Below are positions 38,861 to 50,904 of a DNA stretch of 64,000 nucleotides, one piece after another; position 1 is the stretch's first letter, and each line of letters opens with the position of its first letter. Under the pieces are notes generated by a model. That model did no database searches. It was not told where the DNA came from and saw nothing but the letters and a program-made list of their open reading frames with translations. The translations under genes were made by a program, and so were the position numbers. This stretch comes from Paraspadella gotoi (Eukaryota; Animalia; Chaetognatha). The stretch is from assembly GCA_051294375.1 (NCBI GenBank), contig CM119271.1:1-64000 (forward strand). The letters run 5' to 3'.

Positions 38861-39356
38861 AAAAAAATATATTAATTAAAAAATAAATAAAAGAAAGGAA
38901 AAAAATGTTACCAATGCGTTTACAATTGGGAAATTTTCAAATTTCAATCGCAGCTTGTAAAAGATTTTATTTTTATTTGTATTGAAAATTAAGCATATTA
39001 GCTTCTCATTAAAAAAAATCCTTTGAGTTCCCATTTTTATTAGAAATTTAAAAAAAATTTGTGAATTTCAATCTTTTAATATTATATACTTGCAATATGT
39101 AAATTATGGATTTAAAGCATTTCTATAATACTAATTTGGATATTATAATGCAGGTACTTATAATCTCATTTGCATATTGCATAAATCATTAATGAAGTGG
39201 AATCAAACAAAAAATACTTAAATCCAAATGTAATCACAGAAAATATCAAGCTATATTCAAAGATGAGAACCAATCTAAATTTTTTAACTTTACTCCCATG
39301 AACGCACACTTCTTTGTAAAACTTTATCATAACTTCATATTAGGAAATGTTTATTG

Positions 39357-39395
39357 TTGATTGAAACTCGAATCAACAGAGTCGAAAACATGTTC
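39357..39395 (+). ncRNA. Degenerate minimal hammerhead in a Penelope pLTR relic
   Basis: ttgattga a actc-gaatcaaca-gagtc gaaa acatgt t, followed by aaaaatcgttg as in the other pLTRs. Confidence 0.45.
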
Positions 39396-39529
39396 TATGA
39401 CATAAAAATCGTTGTATGCTGCAACAATAAAACATTTTCCTAATATTCACTTAGCAACGAAAAGAGAGAAAATAATACAATGTCATAATTCATAATAATT
39501 TTTTATTTAAAAAAAAACCTGTAAGTCAC

Positions 39530-39685
39530 GCCAAACCTATATAAAAGCGTAGTAGTTTTTATACAAAAAAGCCCTGTGACGGACGACGACGACGAACGAC
39601 GACGGAGACCGTCCACAAAGAAGCAACCCTAAAACCAATTATAGAGCCTGACCCGGCTTCGCCGGGGTCAAGGCCTCCTGATAAA
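39530..39685 (-). mobile_element. Terminus of a third HINE/Helentron-type family
   Basis: GACG microsatellite, then ttatagagcc-tgacccgg-cttcg-ccggggtca-aggc hairpin and A-run. Confidence 0.55.
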
Positions 39686-40335
39686 AGAAAAATAGGACAA
39701 GCTCTTCAGACACCGTTATCAGAATCGCCAAAATTCGAAGTTGCTCATGGAACAGGAACATATAGCAATCCCGTTTGCAATTTTAAGTTTGTAAACTTTC
39801 CCTTTCATTTCTATAGTAAAAATGAGATTTGAAAATTCTCCTGAAGATGAAATTGCATTTTCCTGGCTTGTTTGATATCAAATCCTTCATCAAATGTGTA
39901 TAAAAACGAATAGGACAAGCTCTTCAGATGTAACTCTATCGGAATCCTGCGTTTTTTACAAACTGATTTCTACCCGAATTTCTAGCAATCGCGTTTGCAA
40001 TTTGGGTAGTCAGATTTGAACGGAACTCTCTATTAAAAAAATGTTGAATCTTTTTTAAATCGAGATTCTCGTCTATATAATTGGTTATTAAACTCATAAC
40101 CTATTCCTAATATATGTCCTCTTCTTTTACCTCAAACGCTTATCAGTAATCACCGAATCTCTAACCATAAATTTAATCTTAAGCCTAATCCGTTTCCTAA
40201 CCCTTAACCCTCAGTTTAAATCCAATCTTTAAAAAAATAATTAAAAATACGAAACTTTAGACAAAATGTGGCGTTCAGGGAAAATAAAGACCTTTTTTAT
40301 GTCAACCCCGGCCGGCACGCTCACTTTTTTCTTTT

Positions 40336-40370
<35 letters not shown>

Positions 40371-40691
40371 CAAAGATCGATGATGACGTCGATGACCCTA
40401 AGCGGAAAGAGCCCGGCTCTTTTCAGCCCTCGCGACTTCGCTCTCCGCAGATCCAAATCTCTTTCGTCTCCTCGTGGCGAAGTTTGGCGTCGATGTAGAC
40501 TAGTTCCGCCAATTTCTGATAGAGGGAGGAGAGAGAGGGGAGAGAAGGAGGGGAGGAAAAGAGAGTGATAAAGATTAGAGGAGAGGGAGAGATTGGAGAG
40601 AGAGGGGGAGAAAAAGGAGAGAGATGATGAGAGAGAGATAGGAGAGGAAAAGACAGGGAAAAGGAGAGGAAAGCGAAAAATTAATAATAAT

Positions 40692-41570
40692 AAAACAAGT
40701 TTGAGCAAACAATGTCGGATCTGCCCACCATCAATAGCGGCAATTAATTAATTAATTTGATCCGAAATGTGTTGTTTTTAGGTCTTTCGTCACTGACCAC
40801 GACAAAAGCAACGAAACGATGATGGTGATGACGACAATAATGCTGATAAAGATTGCCTTGATTAAATAATTAATTAATTTATAAAATAAATTGATTTATT
40901 GAATAATAATTAACAGATAACTAAATAAAATTGATTGATTGAATAATTGATTGAATAGTTGACCAATTAATTAATTATTTATTAATTAATTAATTAACTG
41001 ATTAATTATTTGATTAATTAATACATCTTATATTGCATTTACATTTAATATAAAAGAAAAAAAAGCATAATCAATTAGTGAAAACATTTTTTTTGTTTTT
41101 TCTATTTAAACTTCATTTCCACTCAGACAATTCCATTGAAACTTGATTTCCAGCTTAATCACACACTTTCCTACCCACATTCAAAATTTCAAGTCAATTG
41201 CCCCGTCCACTTATGAGTAATTCCGTTCAAATATTTTTTTTGTTTTTTCCATTTAAACTCATTTCCTCCGCACGATTCCATCAAACTTTATATCCAACTC
41301 AATCACACACTTCCCTCCCAGTACTCACACAAAAATTTAATTCCAATCCATCCATCTAATCACGAGTAATTGGAGTTTTTTGCTAAGGTGGGACGAATGC
41401 GGACGGAGGACGGACAGACGACACAGACAGACGGACAATCTTTTTTTTGCATAATTTTATAATAATTCATATTCTGACATGATATATGTTAATCCTGACA
41501 AGATTGAGGGGGTGGACCGAGGACAGACAAAAGTGAATTATAGATCTGCTGAAAGCATTTCCGACTAAAA
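40692..41570 (-). mobile_element. HINE/DINE-1-like element, family A (duplicate at 46147-47034)
   Basis: aaaacaagtttgagcaaacaatgtcggatctgc ... gatctgctgaaagcatttccgactaaaa. Confidence 0.8.
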
Positions 41571-42149
41571 AAGACAAAAATCTTAAAAGCATAAAGATCG
41601 AGCCAGCTTTCGATGGTAACCAAATATTGATGCGATGATAACCAAGTATTGATGCGATGATAACCAAATATTGATGCGATGATAATCATTCTTGATACGA
41701 TGATAGTCATTCATTGATGCGATGAATCATTCGTCTAATTTTTTTTTGTTAATACCAGAAAGACAACGCTCGACTTTTTTTTTAAATAAAAAAACGCCTA
41801 CTAAATATATTTTTATTTTAAAAAATGTCACAACCGTTTACAATTGTTATGCCCTTTTTTTTTATTAATACCAAAAACAGTATGATATAATCATTAAACA
41901 GCTAACAGTTAAAAGACTTGAGAAACTAAAACCTAATAGTATTGGAAATTCAATAAAAACAAAAGACACTAACGTTTAAAAATCATTAATAAATGTTATG
42001 AACTAATTCATAAGAAACATATAAAAAATAACGTTCAAGAACGTTCAAGGATCAAATGTAAAAATCATAAAACCGGAAAAAACTAAAAAACGAAAAATAT
42101 CAAATGTCAAGAGAAGCAATAGTTTTTATTTTAAATTTAGGCATACGAA

Positions 42150-42548
42150 TTTCCTTTCTTTTCGTTGTGTTTGAATTAGTAGAAAAAAGTTTTATTTATG
42201 CAACAACGATTTTATTTAGACATAAGGACGTACATGTTCAGCTTTGTTACAAGCCTTTTCAGCCGTCATAGAAAAATTGTTTGTGAATTTTTTTACAAAT
42301 TATTTGTGCAACAAAGTAAGAGAGAAGAGAGGAGAGAGAGAGAGGAGAGAGAGAGTGAGAAGAGGACGAGACGAGAGAGACGAGAGTGAAAGGACATAGA
42401 ACAGGAGGAACAGAGAAAATGTTATAACAGTTCAACACAGAGTTGAGAAAAAGAATAGTGGTCAGATGTGCTTGAGGACAGTCAAGGTGAAGACAGATTG
42501 AGCTGACTGTGAAAAGAAATTAAGTGGTGAAAATTTTGAGAGAGGAGG

Positions 42549-42582
<34 letters not shown>

Positions 42583-43270
42583 AAGAAAAAAGGAACATTA
42601 GTAACAATACATTGTGCAATGTACAACAGAGATAAATGATTTAAATAACAGTGAAATAAATATTTTAACATTAACTACTTAATAAATAATTGAGTTAAAA
42701 CAGTTGAAATTTGAAATGTGAAAGGAAAGGGAGAATTAAGTTGGAAGATATTAATGTGGAAAGTGAAATTTAAGAATTAAGAAAGAGCTCAAAATGAGCT
42801 GGCCCCTGCTTTGGTTGAAGCAAATGAGAGGTAGTGACGATGTGGTCGAGTCATGGCGCGTCAGTGGCTGAGAGGTCATATCGGTTGAGCCTGTATGTGA
42901 TGGACTTGGTAGGCTTCCTTGCGGGAAGAGTCCAAAGGCTACCCTGATGTCTTCTCTGCCTTGGCGTTACGCCTAGTCGACTGCCCTCTTCTCGCTCTGG
43001 CTGGCGAGATGGGTGGTTGTCCATTCTTGCCGCTTTTGCAGACACGAGTTTGTGGACTCCTCCCCTCCTCCTGCAGCCGCCTTTTGGTGGGCGCCTACTC
43101 CACAGAGAGAGGGAGTGAGTTGCTGCAGTTGAAGGAGAGGCATCGTTTGCCCATTGCCTGCGCAAAGGTCTCCCTGTTCGTTGAGTTAGAAACGGGGAGT
43201 CATTGTGAGGACGTGGTGGGGGCGGGGCCTCCACCACGCTTTTGATAAGCGTATCATAGCTTTGGAGTAT
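42150..43270 (-). mobile_element. 3' end of Penelope-like family 2 (ORF tail + pLTR with hammerhead at 42227-42267)
   Basis: YDTLIKSVVEAPPPPRPHNDSP; collinear with 47900-49180. Confidence 0.75.
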
Positions 43271-44029
43271 GGGGTAGGCAATCAATGGGTGCCTATCACA
43301 AATTTTAAGAGAGAAGTCTAACGATAGCTTTAGATACTTCATGGATTAATAGGCTATATCTATAAATTTTAATAAGAGAGGCCTTTATTTAATAACCAAT
43401 CGATAGGCTATAAACGTTCTACAGTTGTTTTTTAATTTAGAAAGTTGCCTAGCTATACACAATTATCTTTTTGGATTTGTTTTTTTTACTACGATTTAAG
43501 ACTGAATTCATCGTTTTAATAGCTACAGACCATCAAATTATAAAAAATTTGCAAGTTTTATAAGGCGAGTTACCTAGAAAGCTTTTGACAAAAATTAAAC
43601 ATAATCTTGTAGATAGTTATGTTTAGCTTAATATCGAGCTACTTGGAGCGAACGAATGCTTCACGATCAAGTCAGCTAATTAGTTCGCTTATCTGAACCA
43701 GTCATGAAGACGAGACATTGATTCATAGTTAGAGCCAACGTGTAGTCCTTTTACTTAATAAATATCTGTCTTTCATATATTAAACTTTTTTCTACTATTT
43801 TAAATTTATAATTTTTTATTTTTTGATAATGCGTAAAAATAAAAACAAAAAAAATGACAACAAAGACAAAAACAAAAAATAATAAAGCATAAACGAAAAA
43901 ACAACTGCCTAAAATAAAACGTTCGAACAGATAAGCGTAAAAACAAAACCAAAAAATATGAAAACAAGAACAAAAACAAAAAATATAAAGCATTAATGAA
44001 AAACATGAGAGCAAAAAAATAAACTAAAA

Positions 44030-44665
44030 CATACCAGGCCAGAGAGATATTAGAGTGGCCATTGGCACTTCCAGGCGGCTCAGCTACCAGATCCTGGACA
44101 ATCTCGATCCATAAACAAATATCCTCTCAGCCATGACCAAGTCAATGACCGATCAGATCGTCAACGTTCTGCTTTTGCCAGGCCGGGGGGGGGCCAGCTC
44201 ATTTTTGAGCTCTTTCTCTATCTCATATTTTTCCTACTTACACTCTGTAACTCTACGCGACTGTATCCCTAACCACATACTTCTTCTTTCCACTATCATT
44301 TCAATCTTAAAGTTAAAAATCTGTAGTTTAATCCTTAAATTTGTTATTTTAATCCAATTTGTTATTTTAATTTATAATGTTATTTATTTATTTCATTTAT
44401 TTTTTGTTATCATTACAAAATGTAATTATTTTCCTCCCTCTCTCTTCTCTCTATTTTCAACCATTCATATTTCACCACTTCCTCTTCTTCTTCCCCTTAC
44501 CTTCACCTGTCCTCAATTGACCACTGGTCCTTTTCTCACTCTGTGTTGGAAGCTTTACTTTATCTCGTCTTCTTTCCTCTCTCTCTCTCTCTCTAATCGA
44601 ATGTAAGAGAAAAATTTGTTATTGAATACGCTGCATGAAGGCTTAAAGCAAGATGCCGAAACATG
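44030..44665 (+). mobile_element. 3' fragment of a related Penelope subfamily with pLTR and hammerhead (44631-44665); duplicate at 49490-50200
   Basis: ORF end ...RPGGASSF (ggggccagctcatttttga) shared with family 2; ctg(c)atga aggct-taaagcaag-a(t)gcc gaaacatg. Confidence 0.7.
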
Positions 44666-45787
44666 ATAATGTTTACTTTTTGCTGGTGGAAAAAAAGGAT
44701 AAATACTTAGGCTGTGATGGGGTAAATTATATTTTGTAAAAGTTTGTAAGCATGCTTGTAAAATCAGACAAGCAAATATTTAAGTAACAAAAAATTCACA
44801 TTTTCTTTATCCAAAAAACTTTAAAGTTTTACTAGAGTACAATTTAGCCTTTTTTTTCTCAGAATCATTAAAAATAATTTAATTTTCATTTATTCTTATT
44901 GGGTGTCATTAGTTTTAAAATTCATTATAATTTTGACTTAGTTTGACACTCACCCTGTAAGGAGGTTTCTGCATAAGTAATTCTAAAATTGTATCTTGTA
45001 TGTGCCCTATGATTATGGCTTCATTTTTTCTCAACCTTCCTTTTAATTTCTTTTTAAATAAAAATTTCGCGATTCAAACCGGACTAATTCATTTAAACCT
45101 GATCATTTTATGTCAAAATCATTATAAAATGAAAAAAGAAAAATAGGACAAGCTCTTCAGACACCGTTATCAGAATCGCAAAATTCGAAGTTGCTCATGG
45201 AACAGGAACATAGAGCAATCCCGTTTGCAATTTTAAGTTTGTAAACTTTCCCTTTCATTTCTATAGTAAAAATGAGATTTGAAAATTCTCTGAAGATGAG
45301 AATTGCATTTTCCCTGGCTTGTTTGATATCAAATCCTTCATCAAATGTGATAAAACGAATAGGACAAGCTCTTCAGATGTAACTCTATCGGAATCCTGCG
45401 TTTTTACAACTGATTTCTACCCGAATTTCTAGCAATCGCGTTTGCAATTTGGGTAGTCAGATTTGAACGGAACTCTCTATTAAAAAAATGTTGAATCTTT
45501 TTTAAATCGAGATTCTCGTCTATATAATTGGTTATTAAACTCATAACCTAATTCCTAATATTATGTCCTCTTCTTTTACCCTCAAACGCTTATCAGTAAT
45601 CACGAATCTCTAACCATAAATTCTAATCTTAAGCCTAATCCGTTTCCTAACCCTTAACCCTCAGTTTAAATCCAATCTTTAAAAAAATAATTAAAATACG
45701 AAACTTTAGACAAAATGTGGCGTTCAGGGAAAATAAAGACCTTTTTTATGTCAACCCCGGCCGGCACGCTCACTTTTTTCTTTTCTC

Positions 45788-45822
<35 letters not shown>

Positions 45823-47899
45823 TCAAAGATCGATGATGACGTCGATGACCCTAAGCGGAAAGAGCCCGGCTCTTTTCAGCCCTCCGCGACTTCGCTCTCC
45901 GCAGATCCAAATCTCTTTCGTCTCCTCGTGGCGAAGTTTGGCGTCGATGTAGACTAGTTCCGCCAATTCTGAGAGAGGGAGGGAGAGAGAGGGGGGAAGG
46001 GAGGAAGGAAGGGAGGGAAAAGAGTGATAAAGATTAAGGGAGGGAGAGAGAGGGGGGAGAAAAAGGGAGAGATTGAGAGAGAGAGATAGGAGAGGAAAAG
46101 AAATAAAAACAGGGAAAAGGAGAGAAAGCGAGAAATTAATAATAATAAAACAAGTTTGAGCAAACAATGTCGGATCTGCCCACCATCAATAGCGGCAATT
46201 AATTAATTAATTTGATCCGAAATGTTTGTTTTTAGGTCTTTCGTCACTGACCACGACAAAAGCAACGACAACGATGATGGTGATGACGACAATAATGCTG
46301 ATAAAGATTGCCTTGATTAAATAATTAATTAATTTATAAATAAATTGATTTGATTGAATAATTAATTAACAGATAACTAAATAAATTGATTGATTGAATA
46401 ATTGATTGAATAGTTGACCAATTAATTAATTATTTATTAATTAATTAATTAACTGATTAATTATTTGATTAATTAATACATCTTATATTGCATTTACATT
46501 TAATATAAAAAGAAAAAGAAGCATAATCAATTAGTGAAACAGTTTTTTTGTTTTTTCTATTTAAACTCATTTCCACTCAGACAATTCCATTGAAACTTGA
46601 TTTCCAGCTTAATCACACACTTTCCTACCCACATTCAAAATTTCAAGTCAATTGCCCCGTCCACTTATGAGTAATTACCGTTCAAATATTTTTTTTGTTT
46701 TTTCCATTTAAACTCATTTCATCCCGCACGATTCCATCGAAACTTTATATCCAACTCAATCACACACTTCCCTACCCAGTACCTACACACAAAATTTAAT
46801 TCCAATCCATCCATCTAATCACGAGTAATTGGAGTTTTTTGCTAAGGTGGGACGGATGGACGGACGGATGGACGGACAGACAGACACAGACAGACGGACA
46901 TCTTTTTTTTTGCATAATTTATAATAATTCGATATTCTGACATGATATATGTTAATTCCTGACAAGATTGAGGGGGTGGACCGATGGACAGACAAAGTGA
47001 ATTATAGATCTGCTGAAAGCATTTCCGACTAAAAAAGACAAAAATCTTAAAAGCATAAGGATCGAGCCAGCTTTCGATGGTAACCAAATATTGATGCGAT
47101 GATAACCAAGTATTGATGCGATGATAACCAAATATTGATGCGATGATAATCATTCATTGATACGATGATAGTCATTCATTGATGCGATGAATCATTCGTC
47201 GTAAATTTTTTTTTTGTTAATACCAGAAAAGACAACGCCTAACAAAAAAATATATATATATTTTTTAAAAAATGTCACAACCGTTTACAATTGTTAATGC
47301 CCTTTTTTTTTTTATTAATTACCAAAAAATCAGTATTGACATAATCATAAACAGTAACAGTGTAAAAGACTTGAAAACTAAACTATGTATTGAAATTCAA
47401 TAAAAACAAAAGACACTAACGTTTAAAGACTGAAAAACAAGTAAAAACTAAACTACATATTGAAATTCAATAAAAACAAAAGACACTAACGTTTAAAATC
47501 ATTAATAAATGTTATGAACTAATTCATAAGAACTATAAAAAATAACGTTCAAGAACGTTCAAGGATCAAATGTAAAAATCATAAAACCGGAAAAACTAAA
47601 AAACGAAAAATATCAAATGTCAAGAGAAGCAATAGTTTTTATTTTAAATTTAGGCATAGCGAATTTCCTTTCTTTTCGTTGTGTTTAAAAAAAAAAAAAA
47701 AAAAAGAAAAGAGAGAATCAATAAAAACAAAAGACACTAACGTTTAAAATCATTAATAAATGTTATGACTAATTCATAAGAAACTATAAAAAATAACGTT
47801 CAAGAACGTTCAAGGATCAAATGTAAAAATCATAAAACCGGAAAAAACTAAAAAACGAAAAATATCAAATGTCAAGAGAAGATAGTTTTTATTTTAAAT

Positions 47900-48265
47900 T
47901 TAGGCATAGCGAATTTCCTTTCTTTCGTTGTGTTTGAATTAGTAGAAAAAAGTTTGAATTTATTTGCAACAACGATTTTTAGTACATAAGGACGTCATGT
48001 TCGGCTTTAGTTACAGCCTTCTTCAGCGTCATAGAAAAATTGTTTGTGAATTTTTTTACAAAATTATTTGTGCAAAGGAAAAGTAAGAGAGAGAGAGAGA
48101 GAGGAGAGAGAGAGAAGAGAGAGAGAGAGACAGAGAGAGGGCAAAGTTTCCCAACACAGAGTTGAAGAAAAATAATAGTGGTCAGATGTGAGGACAGGTC
48201 AAGGTGAAGAGAAGATTGAGCTAGACTGTGAAAAGAAAATTAATGGTGAAATTTTGAGAGAGAGG

Positions 48266-48298
<33 letters not shown>

Positions 48299-49270
48299 AA
48301 GAAAAAAGGAACATTAGTAACAATACATTGTGCAATGTACAACAGAGATAAATGATTAAACTAACAGTGAATAAATATTTAACATTAAACTACTTAATAT
48401 AATAATTGAGCATAAAACAGTGAAAATTAAAATGTGATAGGAAAGGGAGAATTAAGTTTGGAAGATATTAATAAGTGGAAAGTGAAATTTAAGAATTAAG
48501 AAAGAGCTCAAAATGAGCTGGCCCCTTTGTTTGAAGCAAATGAGAGGTAGTGACGATGTGGTCGAGTCATTGGCGGCGTCAGTGGCTGGAGAGGTCATAT
48601 CGGTTGAGCCTGTATGTGAGGACTGGGTAGGCTTCGNNNNNNNNNNNNNNNNNNNNNNNNNNNNNNNNNNNNNNNNNNNNNNNNNNNNNNNNNNNNNNNN
48701 NNNNNNNNNNNNNNNNNNNNNNNNNNNNNNNNNNNNNNNNNNNNNNNNNNNNNNNNNNNNNNNNNNNNNNNNNNNNNNNNNNNNNNNNNNNNNNNNNNNN
48801 NNNNNNNNNNCTTCCTTGCGGGAAGAGTCCAAAGGCTACCCTGATGTCTCGCTTTTGCGACACGAGTTGTGGACTCCTCCCCTTCCTCCTGCAGCCGCCT
48901 TTTGGTGGGCGCTTACTGGAGTTGAAGGAGAGGCATCGTTTGCCCATTGCCTGCGCAAAGGTCTCCCCTTGTTTCGTTGAGTAGAAACGGGGGAGTCATT
49001 GTGCGGACGTGGTGGGGGCGGGGCCTCCACCACGCTTTTGATAAGCGTATCATAGCTTGGAGGGAGATCGAATCGTCCTCCATCACGATTCAAAGAGGGC
49101 TCGAGGGCTTTGATATAGATCGCCTCTCTAATACCTCTTGAGAACCAGTTTGGGTCATGGGACAGCACGAGAAAGTCTGACTCTCTAAATAGATGGCTAA
49201 AGCCGAAACATGTACGTCCTTATGTACTAATAAAATCGTTGTTGCAAATAAATTCAAACTTTTTTCTACT
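47900..49270 (-). mobile_element. 5'-truncated Penelope-like family 2 element: GIY-YIG C-terminus, tail, pLTR, and short inverted pLTR piece (49195-49270)
   Basis: WFSRGIREAIYIKALEPSLNRDGGRFDLPPSY is a canonical PLE GIY-YIG C-terminal motif; 49200-49270 is the reverse complement of ~47940-48007. Confidence 0.85.
47991..48030 (-). ncRNA. Minimal type I hammerhead ribozyme (Penelope pLTR)
   Basis: Consensus of 42227, 47991 and 49200 copies: GACG CUGAAGA A GGCU-guaacuaa-AGCC GAA ACAUGU A CGUC. Stem I GACG/CGUC; palindromic stem III ACAUGU. Confidence 0.8.
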
Positions 49271-50003
49271 ATTTTAAATTTATAATTTTTTATTTTTTGA
49301 TAATGCGTAAAAATAAAAACAAAAAATATGACAACAAAGACAAAAAATATAAAGCATAAACCAAAAACAATGTAAATAAAACGTTCAAAGATAATGCGTA
49401 AAAACAAAAACAAAAAATATGAAAACAAGAACAAAAACAAAAAATATAAAGCATTAATGAAAAACATGAGAGCAAAAAAATAAACTAAAACATTACCAGG
49501 CCAGAGAGATATTAGAGTGGCATTGGGCATCTTTCCAGGCGGCTCGCTACCAGATCCTGGACAATCTCGATCCATAACAATATCCTCTCAGCCCATGACA
49601 AGTCAATGACCCGATCATATCGTCAACGTTCTGCTTTTGCCAGGCCGGGGGGGGCCAGCTCATTTTTGAGCTCTTTCTCTATCTCTATCTCTAATTTTTC
49701 TTCTTAACTCTGTAAACTTAGGCTATCCTAACCACATATTCCTCTTTCCACTATATTTCAATCTTAAATAGTAAATTTGTTAGTTTAATCCTTAAATTTG
49801 TTATTTAATCCTTAAATTTGTTATTTATTTATTTCATTATTTTGTTATACATTACAAAATGTAATTATTTTCTCTCCCCTCTGTCTCTCCAATATTTACC
49901 ATTCATTTTCAACCACTTATCCTCTTCTTCTCTCCCTACCTTCACCTGTCCTCAATCTGAACCACTGTCCTTTTTTCTCACTCTGTGTTGGAAGCTTTAC
50001 TTT

Positions 50004-50035
<32 letters not shown>

Positions 50036-50040
50036 TTTCA

Positions 50041-50071
<31 letters not shown>

Positions 50072-50220
50072 CTCAACTCAATGTTAAAGAGAAAAAATTG
50101 TTATTGAAAAAACAGCTATGAAGCTTAAAGCAAGAGCCGAAACATGTCCAATTAAATAAAAATCGTTGTTATCAAACAAACAAACTTGTTTTCTTTAAAT
50201 TATTTATCAATATTTGATTT

Positions 50221-50330
50221 TCGACATGATATAAGATGAATGCCCCGACAAGATTGACTGGGACGACCGACGGACCGACCAAAGTGGATTATAGAGTCGG
50301 GATCTGCTGTTAAGCATTTCCGACGAAAAA
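50221..50330 (-). mobile_element. Partial HINE family A end upstream of knottin gene
   Basis: gaccgacggaccgaccaaagtggattatagagtcgggatctgctgttaagcatttccgacgaaaaa. Confidence 0.7.
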
Positions 50331-50455
50331 TTTCAACAAAACAAACTTGTTTACATTCAACCGCTTACGACTTTTCCAAATAACCTTAACCCAGTTTCGA
50401 TTTTTTGTTATTTTTTCTTACTTTTTTTTTATTTTTTCTATTCATTCTACAAAAG

Positions 50456-50904
50456 ATGAAGTTATTTTGTCTTGATGATCTTGGCCGGCGTTTTGGTCGA
50501 GGCGAGGAAACTGGATAATCTGGTAAAATCGTGTGATGTAGTCTGAGAGTTCACAATTGGCTAAAATTGCGACGATTGAAATTTTTTCGATCAGGACGTC
50601 AAAAACAACTTGGTCCATCGCCACCATGACAATGACAAAAAGACCGCTGAAGTCGCCGCTGATGACATCGATGATGAAACTGCCGATGACGATGATGACT
50701 CGGCTTCCGGCGACGCCAAGAACAAGACACTTCGTGCCGCCGTTCGAGCGGCCGTCGTTGGAAATACCCAATCCGCCCACGACGACAGAGGGACCGCGGA
50801 GAATGCCGTAAGACCTGGAGACCTGCAAAGTCCATGAGCAGTGCTGCAAGCCTTTGAAGTGCAACTTGAGAGTCATGGGTGGAATTTGCTTCATTTTTGC
50901 CTAG
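50456..50904 (+). CDS. Secreted inhibitor-cystine-knot (knottin, toxin-like) prepropeptide; exons 50456-50522 and 50595-50904
   Basis: Two-copy consensus: MKLFVLMILAGVLVEARKLDNL | GT..AG phase-0 72-nt intron | DVKNNLVIATDDNDKKTAEVAADDIDDETADDDDDSASGDAKNKTLRAAVRAAVVGNTQSAHDDR-GPGECRKTWRPCKVHEQCCKPLKCNLRVMGGICFIFA*. C-X6-C-X5-CC-X4-C-X8-C. A few single-base indels must be reconciled between copies. Confidence 0.85.

Larger units (their letters stand above)
44666..50150 (+). repeat. Second rendition of 35251-44665 lacking ~35720-39685
   Basis: 44666-45137 matches 35251-35720; 45138 onward matches 39685 onward. Confidence 0.8.

Noticed and set aside
50442-50894. Minus-strand 150-aa ORF (and 62506-62850)
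   Set aside because: Antisense shadow of the knottin gene; the + strand has the signal peptide, splice sites and cysteine framework.
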